Source: Vicugna vicugna (taxonomy: Eukaryota). Taken from it: a stretch of 64,000 bases of DNA. The translations under genes were made by a program, and so were the position numbers. The stretch lies in the NCBI GenBank assembly GCA_013265495.1, contig MU058844.1, forward strand, positions 8,245,260-8,309,259. Direction: 5' to 3'. Under the pieces are notes generated by a model. That model ran no database searches. It was not told the origin of the DNA and was given only the letters and a program-made list of their open reading frames with translations. Below, piece after piece: positions 27,091 to 39,570 of this stretch; within the stretch, counting starts at the first letter, position 1, and the number at the start of each line of letters is the position of its first letter.

Positions 27091-27205
27091 TTTTTTGGAG
27101 GGGGTAATTAAGTTACTTCTTTATTTGTTTGTTTTTAATGGGGGTACTGAGGATTGAACTCATACATGCTAAGCATGCACTCTTCCACTGAGCTATACCC
27201 TCCCC
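27091..27205 (-). mobile_element. tRNA-derived SINE (Vic-1-like) with a small internal deletion
   Basis: Reverse complement reads GGGGAGGGTATAGCTCAGTGGAAGAGTGCATGCTTAGCATGTATGAGTTCAATCCTCAGTACC; degenerate duplication at 27078-27092 and 27211-27225 (12/15 identical). Confidence 0.88.
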
Positions 27206-28019
27206 ACCCTGGGATCAATATTCTTGAATGCAGAACTACCTGTAAATGAATTAATGCAAGTTGTAGGCCTTAGTTAGAGAGCAAGTTGGTGACAAGTTTC
27301 CCAGAAAAGATTTCAAAGAACAAACAAAGCTTTTATATCCAATTTTACTCACTGTAGACAAAAGATATATACAAGTATTCCTGGGATTTGAGCTAACTCT
27401 TAATTTAACATAATTTTCACAACATAACTGAAAACAACTCTGTATTTTTATTATAATTTTTTCCTTATTAATAAGGAATATCTTAATTTTAAGATATTTC
27501 CCTAAACAATGATTTTCCTTAAAAACCTAAGCTACACATCATCAAATGAAATAACTCTTATAAGATGCTAAGAAATCATAAGTTTGCATATACTCCTACA
27601 CAGTATCACCTAAAGAAGAAAGTTATAATGGTGAAGAAAATGGAAGACACCTGAGTTCTGTTTTTTCAGCTGTATACATTTATACTGCAAAGATTTTATT
27701 GGCAAACTTTGTGTGTATGTGCGTGAATGCATGTATGTAATGGTTAAATTTCAACATTGTTTCTCCAAACTTATAAGCCAAGATGAAAATTGAATTTTAT
27801 AATTAGTAATTTAATATAGTTCACCAGACTGTTTCAGTGACACTAAATCTATATGAAATACTAAGTTAACCATTACCAGAAATAAGTTTAATTTTGAATA
27901 TTGGCTTTAAAGAAAAATCCCTAAATGTTCTATAATATTTTCAGATGTTATTATACAGTGATTTTAAACTATCAGCTATAGAGTTAATGAATAATTTATT
28001 AAGAGAAATTCTTAATAAG

Positions 28020-28230
28020 TATTCTAGACACCAATGCACCAGGCACTGTATAAAACTCATCTCATTAAATTCTCCCCAAAACTCTGTAAACTAGGTGTTA
28101 CTATCATCATCATTCTATAGAACAGGGAACAGAGGCTAAAAGAGTTTTAGTAACACAATCAAAATTACACAATTAGCAAGTAATAGTTCTGGGATTAGAC
28201 CCCTACACTATCTGATTCCAAAATTCTTGT
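28020..28230 (-). mobile_element. MIR SINE relic
   Basis: 'caccaggcactgta...atctcattaaattctccccaaaactctgtaaactaggt...ggaacagaggctaaaagagtt'. Confidence 0.7.
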
Positions 28231-29979
28231 GGTCTTTTTTACTTTTTTGCCACCCTATTGCTTGGAAAAGTGTAAAAGAAATATTTTCTAATTAGTTACA
28301 AACATGTATCACCAGGTTTATGTATCAGATGTCACCACCCGGTGTATGTTCTAAGCATACTCACTGCAAATTCTCAGTACACCACTGAGAAACACAAACA
28401 CTTCACTGAAGAAAAACTTCAGCTTATCTGACATATATCTTTCCTAATCACTAGGCTGCCAGAACTGCTCTGAATCTGAACGTACTCCAAAAAGAAAAAG
28501 GGTTTCATTGAAGAGAGAGACCATGAGTACCCAGTAACAATACGCCCTGCCAAGCAGAACCGAAGTACCAAAGACTATTTACACCCGATGCACTGTAATT
28601 GGTCCTTTTACCCCAGAGAAGGAAATAAGTGCTCAGACCGGCCAAAATGTCTATTCAAAATCAGCCTTCATGCCCAGAGACCAGAAACATAGGGAAAGCA
28701 ACAGAAAAGAAACAGAGGAGAGCAACACCTGCTTCTGTGTTCAGTCTAGGGACAGCTGACCAAAAGGGTAGACAGAGATTAGAAGCAGAGACAGGGTGTG
28801 GGGGTGGCAATAGAAGCTGGGGCGGCAGGAGCTCAACCACTGAGTCCAAGCGGAAAAGTGAGCAACAACGTGGAGCAGAGCACAGCTCTGTCCTCTCGCG
28901 AGGGAGAGTAAGAGGCAAGTCGTTCACCCTCAGGTCCAACACCCTCTTCGTCTAATTGTATAATCGTACACCTTCCTAAGACACACAGAAAACATTCATC
29001 AGACTCTTTCATTTGCTCCTCACTCTGTGGTCAGCAGTTGTTATCATCTTCACTTCCTGACCAACTATACGATCAAGTTTTAGAGGCTCAGTAGCTCAAG
29101 TACGAGTTAATAACGTGTTAACTGCAAGACTAAAACTCTTCTATCGTAACCAATGTTCTCTCACAATACTGTCTGTAGAACACAGTATGATATTTTAAAA
29201 AGAAAGAAATAATTATAACTTATTTTAGAATAAGTTCCTTAAAAGACTTCTGAGAAGTAGGAAAGAAAAACTTCAGATATATAAGGTATTCACCTACTCA
29301 GAAGTCCCCCAGAGTGCCTAAAGACCAAGATTTAGTGCACTAGGCTAAAAAAAAAAATCACAGGAACACAAGCATCTCTAATCCCACTTGGATATACCGT
29401 TACCCAGTAGCATCACCCAGTGCCTGAATATCGTTAATATATCTTTCCTACTCTCAGCTGCCTAAACACCTGTATTTTGCTGCCTGCCTAATGTCTATAG
29501 ACTTCATGCAATGTATGCCAAGTTTCGTTACAAAGAATTGTTCAACAAAAGTACAAACCCATAAAGGCAGTGACTGTAGACTCAGTTTGGGTACCAGTAC
29601 CTATTCAAGTCATAAGCCTAAGGCAACCACCTATCAGTTCATCTGTCAAAATCAGAATCCAGCATCTGTCTCCACAGTAAGGTTATAAAGAAAACGATAC
29701 TGTAATACAAGACGGTGACAGATATTTCAATAGAGATCATCTCCTGGATTTTAACAGGCTCTCTACCTTTTCAAAATATACACCATATCTCAAACTCTTA
29801 TGATCAATTTAAAGATGTCATGATTGAACAAATACAGAAACAAAACAGAAAGAGATTAAATAAAATAGCTAAACTCCTACGCTTCTGAGATAAAAAAGAT
29901 TATCCTCAATCTTTCTTAATCCAGGAATGTAGGCAGTCTTTCCCAAATGTCTGTAAAACACACTGAGCTAATATGTACA

Positions 29980-30108
29980 CTACATGAGCCGGCAGCCTCT
30001 ACTGCACCTGGAAATGATAGAAATGTAGCTCCTAGGCCCACTCCAGGCAGAATCTGCATTTTAACAAGCTCAGGTGACATGCAATTAGATTGAAGTTTGG
30101 GGAGCACT
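29980..30108 (+). mobile_element. hAT MITE (MER5A-like)
   Basis: 'cacctggaaatgatagaaatgtagctcctaggcccactccag...aatctgcattttaacaagctcaggtgac...aagtttggggagcact'. Confidence 0.75.
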
Positions 30109-33100
30109 CATGGAAAGAGATCCAACAAGAGGCCCAGCTCAAAAATGTCCCTTTATGAGAGATACAAAGAGACCCACCTGGTTCAAAGAAATGGAGGATT
30201 TAAACTCCATTTTAAAAGACTTTTTTTTAAAGGCAATCATCCATATCAAAGGATGAAGGGGGGACGGGGATTGAGGAGCTAGCTATGAGAGAGGACCAGG
30301 CCTACAGCTCTTGCTGCCACAGGCATCCTTAATATCACATCAGGCCTGAATTTAAAAGTAGCTACTCAATACTCTCTCTGAGAAATGGTTTACTTTATGT
30401 TGATGACATACAAGAGGTGTTAAAACAGTGAAATTTCTTTTTCTATTCAACATGAAACAAAAGCAAAAAAAAACCCACTGTTTTTAAAAGAAAAATCAAA
30501 AAGATTTAAAAATTATACAGATAGAGGAAGAATCTAAAACCTAAAGAGATCATTTTTAATGGAACATTTCAAACAGAAGACTAAATATCTGTTGCAAACT
30601 ACAGTTGGTCGTTTCAGGCTGCACACTAGTGTCTTTTTAACAGATTTTTGTTCAAATCTCATTTTCTTTGGTTAAGTCAGTACATATCCCTCTAAGAGTG
30701 GTTAAAGGGTAAAGCCTTATTTCTTTCGTATGAATTCAGTGACACAACTCAGCATCATTTTTTTTTCATTTCAATAGAATAACAAGAATAACCTTCCTAT
30801 TTTAAATAAGGTTTACCGAATGAATTCAGGTATACCAGTTTTTCACATCAGCTATAAATAATTGCTTCCCTCTAAAGGGCCTATTTTTGCAAATAAAAAT
30901 GTCTTTTTGCCTGATTAAACTTCTTCATCATCGGAGAACTTTTCTTCCGCAAATTTGTAGCTGGAAAATTCGTCATTAGAAGCTTGTTTTGTCAAAATGA
31001 GCTCTTTTCTATTGCTTTGGGTGAGCAGTCTTGTAGTTAATTATTCAGAGGAGGAGAGGAACATCCTATTTTAAAAGAAGCACACTTGACAAAATATTTG
31101 GACCCAAGTATTCTACCTTAAGACATCTTTTACATTCCAAGGCAGCAGGGTTCAGTATTTATAATACCTTTAAAAACCTGAAGATAGGAGGGCAGAAGTA
31201 GACAAGACAGTTTATAAAACAATGAGAGTGGACCCCAGGGGAACATCACAGCTGCCGGCCCTACCTCAAGAACGCCTTTTCCCAAATGGTTCTGGAATGG
31301 CAAGTGTTCTTTCCAAATGGAGAAAAGTAGCCTAGCCTATGAATGCAATCTCTATGGCCACCACCACAGGCACCCCCTGTGGAGGACACATTTTGCAGGA
31401 ATGTTGCTTCAATATGCACTGAGATTGTAAAGAGTCAGACTACTGACTCTCATTTTTAATCCAAGAGATACCCTAAGAGACAAGAAAGCAGGGTAGATGT
31501 GAAACAAATTGGAAATTAACAAAAACAAGATGTTTCCTTTTCCCAAAGTGTTTTCTGCCACTCACTCAGAGACTAGTTTTATACCCTTGGTTTTATAATA
31601 GATGCCCAATAACAATGGGCTTTATAATAATATCCTAAATACAGACATGTAACCCAGAGAGAGATGAAAGCAAAAACAAGGAACAAGGCTATGGTCTGCA
31701 CCCTTTCACTCTCTTTATAGGATACTTATAAGCAACTGAAAAAAGAACACAAAAGTTCATTAGACTCAGCTGTAAAAACTGTATTAGCCATATTCATCTT
31801 TCTTAAAAAATGAAAAAATTATTTTATAAAAAGCAAACTTGTGAACTGCATTTAAAATTAATACCCCAAGAATTCCAAGTATGCAGAGTTGTAAGGATTG
31901 CCATGCTTCCCACTAGATTTTTAAACAATGTTTAAACAGGGCTGTTTGAAATACTTCAGTGGCATCATTTAACCCTGTTCAAAATGTCAAGAGTCATACT
32001 GTGCCCCAGTGGCCACTCTTCAGCAAATAACACATCCTTTGAAGTTAAAATCCTCCTAAATGATGCCAATTGAGAATTTCTAGGCTAGGAGAGTTTTTCT
32101 ACTTTGAAAGAAATCAATAATCTTTGTAATGACAATTAGGAAAAAAGCCCTTTCATCATCAAACTTGTGAATTTTGCAGTTTCAAATGTCAGTAAATTCC
32201 TTTACCCCAGGGCAATATTTGTAAACAGTCTTTCCTAATTAAGCCATAATCATAAACCTAGACTGAACTTGCTTCTTTTTAAAAAAAAAAAACTTGATGC
32301 TCTTGAGGAATAATTATATTTATTATAATAAATTCCAGAGAAATAAAGGGTAATTATCAAAGACAAAGGGATCTGACAGAAATATTTTATTTGGCCACAA
32401 CATCTACCACATAGCTGCTATTCCAAGGGCACTGATGTGTGTTTCTCTTGATAAATCACATAATTTACTCAGTCTCCTTGACTATAACTACATGCTGTGC
32501 CATGCTTCGAACCCTGCCTCCCTCTGATAGCACAAAATCCCCAGCAAAGAAATCAAGAAACAAACGCTTTCATCAAATTATCATAAGCAAATAGTATCTC
32601 CTCTGCCAAATACTACGGTACTTTTAAAACAGATACAGTAGCACTGCTCTCAAGCATTGTGTACAGCCTTGGAATAAGTAAAAGTACATATAACTTCATT
32701 ATAAATGGAATCTAAAGGCAGAGTTTGAATTTTCAATTCTAATCTCTTTCTCATATTAATGTTTTAGATATGAGCAAGTCAAAAATCTCTCTCCGTCTTC
32801 AAAACAATCATTTCTAAGTTGTTCAAACTAACTGCATCTTATGAAATGCCCTTAAATAAAATAATGCCTTTAAATAAAATAAATTACTCTAAAAACATGA
32901 TAGCAACTTTTAATGTAAAATCTTGAGACTAAATCTTCAAAATTCTCCTGAGTAGATAGAATTACTCAATTCTTCCTCATTTACTTGTAAAGAAAAAAGG
33001 TCATAGGTGAACCCAAAACTGTAATTCCAGAAAGTTTCTAAAAGACTGAAATGAAGATCCAGACCTTTTATTCTAAGAAATCTTGAGCACCAGAGAAATG

Positions 33101-35174
33101 GACAAATGTAACTGAAAAGCTAAAATGTCAGAGAGGAGGACAAGAGGTTCATTGAAATTTGACAGTGTTGCAATTTATTGGAATTAACTGCCTCGAAAAT
33201 ACAGCCAAAATAATCTCTGAGGCAAGTGTCTTCAACTCCTATGACCAGTCAAGGCAAATCTAGTTAAAGAGCCCAGCCTCGGCAGTCCTCCAGGGGAAAT
33301 AACTGACCTGGACAGTTAGGAAGAAGACATTTGGGAATGGTATTCTAAAGCTTCCACATGTAAGAATAAAGTGCCAACGAGCACCAGATCAAGGATAAAT
33401 TCAGTTCAAACCATGTACCATGGATCCTCAGCAGAGATGTTCCAGAAGAAAAGTCAACAGAATCCCAGTAAAAGTTTCAAAATTTGAGTACCGCTCAAAA
33501 TAAACATGGGTAAATACAAGCGAAATTCTGCTAACGGACAAGCTATCAGTCTTTTTTAAGTTCCTCATCAGACTTGCAGATTCAAACATTACATAGTACC
33601 TGGTAAAGTACAAGCAGGAAAGGTCAGACAGGTAGGGATGCTTACGGACCAGGGTGAACAGCTGCTGTGGGTATTATGTATCATTTATATGGGAAGCCCG
33701 CGTATAGCGATATTCACAATTAGTGAATTAAGGAAGATAGTCATTTATTCCTCAAAAGCACATACAAATCAAATCTTCCAAGAAACCATCCAGCACTGTG
33801 CATAATTACACCTGTAATTATTCAAAATATTATGCCTTTTTCGTCCTATGAAGAACAGAAGGTATGTAGCCCCTAGCAAAAGGCCTCTCCCCTTTTTTTT
33901 CAACTAGGCTCTTAATGAGGATGGCTATTCATAGAAGGCAGGTGGTTACATTCAGTAACTCACTTGTCCTTTCCATCAAAGCTGCGACACTCGTCACTTT
34001 TGCGAGGCCATTAAAGTAAGTACCCAAAGCTCATATAAGACCGTTTCCAAGACAGAATCAAAAAATTTGAAAGATGAATGTTACTAGGTTAAAAGCAGGT
34101 TGGGGGTGAATAATGAAGTTATAAGAAAATAGGTTTGTCAGCCACAGATTTATCAGAGCGCCTTAAGGGTAAACTCTGTCCTTTCCTCTTATTAGGAAGG
34201 TGCCGGTTTTAGAGAAAGCATACCGCTTGCCTGTGATAAACAGCTGCACCATCGAGGGCATTTTAAACAAGTGCTTTTAGTGCACTGAACAGCCACAAAG
34301 AGATTAGGAAGACAAACTGCTCCTCATTCACGTTGGAATCCGAAAGGTTGTAGCTGTTTTAGAATTACAGCGGCAGGGAATTCAGTGTTACCGTAGGGGC
34401 ACATTAGCACTGAAAAACTAAGTGCAGACGATGAGATGACGTAAGTGAATGATATGCAATGATACAGCCCCCCAAAATATAGCATATTTATACACAAAAA
34501 CAACTGAGACAGATGGCTGGCAAGCGATTTTCCCTGTGGCATTTCGACTTGTCCGTTCAGTGCTTGTATTTGGGTCATTTGCTAGGATAAACCCCATGTG
34601 ACAGGCTCAGTGGAGGTAAGGCAAAGTGGTCCATACGCGCTTAGCCTAATTTTAATTTTAATTTACTGTTAAGAGATGTACTTGTTCAACTAGCAAAAAT
34701 AACCTTTTCCACATAGATTTGATTATATAGTCAAAAAGGAGCTAGAAAATAAAATGTCACATAAAATAGTTCATAAGCTATAAATTGTACCTGCTGGCCT
34801 TTTTTTCAGTATATGATCACCTGGGAAGGAGATGAGAATAAAATAAACTCTTGTACACACTGGCTTCTTTCAATAAAGACCTAAAGAGACGACCTTTGAT
34901 ACAAAGCAAACGTCTCCCTTATTTACTTTGATTTTATAATAATTCTTTCTAAACATGCTTTTACTAAATACCAGACATACCTTCAATGGTTGAACATACT
35001 AGAATTTTAAGATAAGAATTCCTGGATTGGTCCAAGGTGAGTCTATTAGACCTTTTTAGAGAGAAGTTTGAGGGACTGAGCATTTCACAAGGGATTCTTA
35101 CACCAGGTCAAAAACCGAAACTGACAATAACACTGAAAGACCAAGTAGAAGGTCTAGTTGAGTATCTTTAGGGG

Positions 35175-35176
<2 letters not shown>

Positions 35177-35222
<46 letters not shown>
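35177..35222 (+). repeat. (CA)23 microsatellite
   Basis: Perfect 46-nt CA run. Confidence 0.97.
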
Positions 35223-35225
<3 letters not shown>

Positions 35226-38200
35226 TTTGTTTTTTTTTTAATTTGTCAGTATACCTTAAATCCTCCCTTCATTCCTTCATTTTAAATACTGTTAATCAAA
35301 ATCTTTATGACTTTAAGGAAAGAAATCTTAACAAAGGTTTCTGTAAAAGCTGAGATTTACATTTATATCTGAACAAGTAACTGAACTAGAAATGTGCTAC
35401 TGAAAGTTTGCGGTAGTTTTGATTCAAGAGCAGAAATTCCTGCTGTGGAGTTCATTCTCCAAGTTTCACACAATCACTGCATCTCAATAACTAAGAAATC
35501 TAAAGGTAATGTTAATGGTCATGGTTGGATTTAACAACTGCAGAATGGGCAATAAGGAAAAAACTTTCCAAAGCAACCACAAACCCATTTCCCACTTTCA
35601 AAAATTCAAATTGTCTTTTTTTTTAATAACCAATGCATTATTTTACTCACATGAGAATAAAGAGATGTATTCATTGCATTATCTTCTTATTCACTCATTA
35701 TCTATCGTAAGTGGCATGCCGTCAATTAGATGACATGTTCAAAATGAAATCAGACTAGAAAACAGTATTTACAGTTTACTTTTGTTGCTTTAAAGTAAAC
35801 TGACTCCTCTTTCGGTATTATCTCTGTGCAAAACATAACAGGACTTTTAAAGAGGATGAAGGGAAAAGGATGCGATGGTTATCCTCAACAAATATGTAAG
35901 AGAGCAGAGAATTCAGGGTCAGCAAATTTTTTCCACTGACCTCAACATCAAATTTCTCCAGAAAATGAAAGGGTCCTTCAAGAAGTCGCAGGCAACATGA
36001 CTTAAAATTTGGCAAAGACAGCATATTTATAATTCCAATTCTACTCCAACCACAATTTAAGATTCAATACAGTCATTACCAGATTGAAGGCAGGGGATGA
36101 AGCTGAAACCGTATATGCTTTTTCATTAGATATGGTGAATTTGACTCTTTTACCGTTTGTTTCATCACACCATAGCCATATTGTTAAGTTTAGCACAGGA
36201 ACACTTGTAAAATAGTAAATTTTACCGTAGGGAAATTGATTTTGCTCTAAGAAATTTTCAGATTACCCCTTAATCTCAACCAAGCTACAGCAAACGCTGA
36301 AAGTAATTATACATATAGTTCATAAAGTAAACTTGATCACTGTATTTAAAAGAAATGATAACTTTGAGAAGTACCACAGCAATAATGTTTAAGCTGAAGC
36401 AATAGAAAGCCCTCCTACAGTAAATGTCAGATTATTCAGGGAAAATGCAGTCTTGACTTAGTTAAGCAAGTCAAGCGTAAGAGCCATCTCCCTCCTCGAG
36501 CTGCTGCCCTTTCCCTTCTAGCACTGCCCTCTCCCTCCAGACCCACATTTCACAAAAGGTTTGTTTGGGGGGTGGGGGGAGGCGGGGAGCAGAATCCACA
36601 TCCGCAGCTTAAAATTTTACTCTTGGGTCTTTGTCATCTGAAATGGAGTAGTGGAAATAAACAGGTTATCATCCTCCTAAAGTTTCCACTTGACTCCCCA
36701 GCTCTTTCCCCCTTTCTCCCACCAGTGAGGTAGAACATCTGTCTCGAAAGACACCACTTACAGTGCACCTTGGCACTGAATCACCTGAACATGCTATGCA
36801 GACCCCAAACAAGCTCCATGCTCCCATTAGTACACATTTCATAATTTCTAGGATACATAAAAAACAAGTTTGGTACCTGTAAGATTTCATACTCTTCAGA
36901 GTGGGTGACTACAGATGCAGTTCTGCTACTAAGAAAATTCGAGTCAAATACACTCTTCAAATTGTAGCTAAGTATAATTTATATTTACAGGCCTTCAACA
37001 TCACATCGGTGTACAATGTCTACGTATCATATACTGAGTATGCCAGCCATTAGATGATATGGTCAAATCATCACATTAAATTCATCTACGTAGGTAGGTG
37101 TAAGTCAGAAATTTGGCACTCCATTCAATCTATATAGCAGGTAAAGAACTTATGACAATTGCCCACCCCCACCCCCGCAGCATTCAAAGCACAACTGACT
37201 TACCCTCACACTCACACCATTCTGCCCAAGTTACAAAGTCCCAACACTTCTGATAATAAAAGAACAGAGTAAGCATTAAATCTATAGAGAAAATGTACAT
37301 GCAAATTTAGTTTAGTTCCAGCCTTAATCTGAATAGCTTTTTCTGACATGTATTTTTTTAAAGAAGGGACAACAATAAAGAAAAGCTATACCAGAAATGC
37401 TTGATTTAGCACAATGTTCTACAATAGTTACAGTATTACAGTAAATTCCTTTTTTCTTATAAGCTCTAAATTACTGGTTTAAATTCTTACTTTTCAAACT
37501 GTCTCCAGCAGAACCAGTAACTGCCCAGACTCTTCCCTGAGCTCACTTTAGTGAAAAGTCATCCGTCTTTGGAAGCATGAGCTTTTCCTGCCAATGCTCA
37601 AGAAATAGCAGGTGCACAGTAACACAAAATTGGAGGGAACAGAAGCAGCTTACCTCACCCTTACACACAGACCATTTATTTCTCAGAACATGTAGCACAG
37701 CTGCTGAAATCTGCATACTGCTTACAAGTTGAGAAAAAGTTTATGTCTAACAGTGACTTCCTATCAACTAGTCTCTGATAGACACTACATAAAATGCATT
37801 AAGAAGGGTTTGCTGGATGTTTTTGTACCTATGATCGGGGGATTTCGTAAGAGACAAGACATGGGGTTGTGAACCAAGATTCGCTGACTTAAGGCATACA
37901 TGCATGAACATGCTTTTAGCCGGACAGTGTGCACATCAGAGAATACAGAATATGGGTAATTACCCCCGGGAACAGATTCTGCCTTCATCTCCCCTCACTG
38001 TCAACCACTTTGCTTAAGTTCACTCACTGCCTTGCCCTGACCCTGGGGAACCATTCACTTTCCAGAGTCCAGAGAGGCTGCTGAAAAGCTGTCAAAGTAA
38101 ATCTGTGCTCACTTTTTGGATGGTTTAATTTCAATGGAGCATGAAACACCCCAGGACGGTTAATAAGTTAAGCCAGGCGTGCTGGTCTCCCTAATATATT

Positions 38201-39146
38201 TTAATTATGCATCTGTTTTAATTGTAATCAGATTAAGTCACCGGAAAAGCACAAACTGTAATTTTCCCTAATGGCTATTGGAACTTTTCATCAGTTTCTA
38301 AACATTAACAACGTTTAAAAAATAAGTAGAGAGACACGAGCACAACTGTGCCATTTTCCAGAAATCGATGCAGTTTCTTTGACAACACAGCTCAGGTCTC
38401 ATTAGCCACCCAAACTAACCCAAGTGCAAAGACAGCTTCAGTCTCTAGGGGCATCTTCTTCCCCAATTAGCACAAGAGAATCGCTAACGTCTAGTGTAAA
38501 ACTCCCATACAGAAAGGGAAGCTCAGGCTTTTACAGAGTGCCACTCCATCGACTGGTGAGGGAGGCGGGGGAGCGGGAGAGAGGGGCAGCACCGATCTCC
38601 TTCCTGGCTTAAAGTAAAGTGCACCATACGTCAAAAGGGAAAGTTGAAGCAGAGTGCGATGTCTCCACTATTTTGGCAACTGTCAAACGTGTTTTAACCT
38701 CGGGAAATAAAAGTGTCCCATCAATAAAAGGAAACGCTACGGGGAAGATCTATTAGGGGGCGGGGAGCGGCTTCCTTCCAGTCCAGACGTAAAATCGCTC
38801 AATGTGCTTTTGTTGTACCAAGGAATACCTAAGACTTTTTAAAAATAAGCTCATTATACAGTTTCCCAAATTGCTGTGATTTCCGCTAAGAAACTTAAGC
38901 GTCTGCCAAGAGCCGAGAAGGAAGGGGAAGGAACCTGCCGCAAACTAGGAACACAAACTCCCTCAGTCCTCCTAGTGCGTCCGCGTCACCGGTGTTTTGC
39001 TTCAGGTGTTGATGTTTACGCGTCTCCTAAACCTTCAGGTGCTAGACTAGTTCCTCCAAGACGCACTTCGAGGCTTAAAGCGGGAAGCTTCAGAGCCACC
39101 GCGGAGTCCCCAAGCAGCCCGTGACCCCTTCTTCTCACCCCCTTAC

Positions 39147-39229
39147 CTGTCATCATAGCAGAAATCCGCACTCAGGGTGTTGAGATACAAAGCGAGCCCC
39201 AGAGCGCTGCTCACCAACTCTGCAATCAT
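39147..39229 (-). CDS. TMTC2: TMTC2 (transmembrane O-mannosyltransferase targeting cadherins 2), coding part of exon 1
   Basis: ATG at 39229 gives MIAELVSSALGLALYLNTLSADFCYDD plus AG of a split codon, matching the TMTC2 N-terminus as I recall it; 83 nt ending in ACAG|GTAAGG; lies in a CpG island; not listed in the ORF track. Confidence 0.96.
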
Positions 39230-39299
39230 CTCTCCACCTCCTTTCCTCCGGCTGGGCTCTCAGAGCAAGGGTAGCAGCGGCAACAAAAAACAGAAGCAT
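39153..39299 (-). other. Out-of-frame overlapping uORF, 48 aa (MLLFFVAAATLALRAQPEERRWRDDCRVGEQRSGARFVSQHPECGFLL)
   Basis: ATG at 39299 is 70 nt upstream of the main ATG, in weak TTG-ATG-C context; TGA ends at 39153 inside the TMTC2 CDS. Translation is not shown. Confidence 0.5.
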
Positions 39300-39451
39300 C
39301 AATCCCCACCTTCCGTCGCCTTCTCCTCCCAGCTTCACTTTTCCCTCGCTTCTCTACCCTCCTTTCCTTTCTCAGGTCCTTCCAATCCACTACTCTCCTC
39401 TTCCTCCTCGTGCCCGTCTCCTCAGCTCCTGCGTCCTTCCCGGGTGCGGGC

Positions 39452-39469
39452 TCACACGGCGCTCCCCAT
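39452..39469 (-). promoter_or_regulatory. uORF MGSAV* in strong context
   Basis: CTGGGC-ATG-GGG-AGC-GCC-GTG-TGA (G at -3 and +4). Confidence 0.6.
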
Positions 39470-39561
39470 GCCCAGCACCGAAGAGCGGCGAGCGGCGTTC
39501 GGGCTCCGCGCCCCCCGGCGGATGCACAGGGCTGGTCCTTAGCGCAGCTCGTGCCGCCACC

Positions 39562-39570
39562 CTAACCCAT
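39562..39570 (-). promoter_or_regulatory. Minimal uORF MG* in near-optimal Kozak context
   Basis: ACTGCC-ATG-GGT-TAG. Confidence 0.6.

Larger units (their letters stand above)
1..39146 (-). other. TMTC2: Proximal part of TMTC2 intron 1 (continues beyond the window start)
   Basis: Begins at the GTAAGG donor (39146..39141). I did not find the expected exon-2 peptide (SRAIKTNQDLL...) in the window. Confidence 0.88.

Noticed and set aside
27477..28018. AT-rich inverted repeats at 27477-27498 and 27996-28018
   Set aside because: Arms of 9-10 bp in very AT-rich DNA are plausible by chance
30817..31065. Possible 249-nt cryptic exon on the minus strand (aaatag|GATG...TTCG|gtaaac)
   Set aside because: Weak polypyrimidine tract and donor and no TMTC2-like peptide; needs RNA evidence
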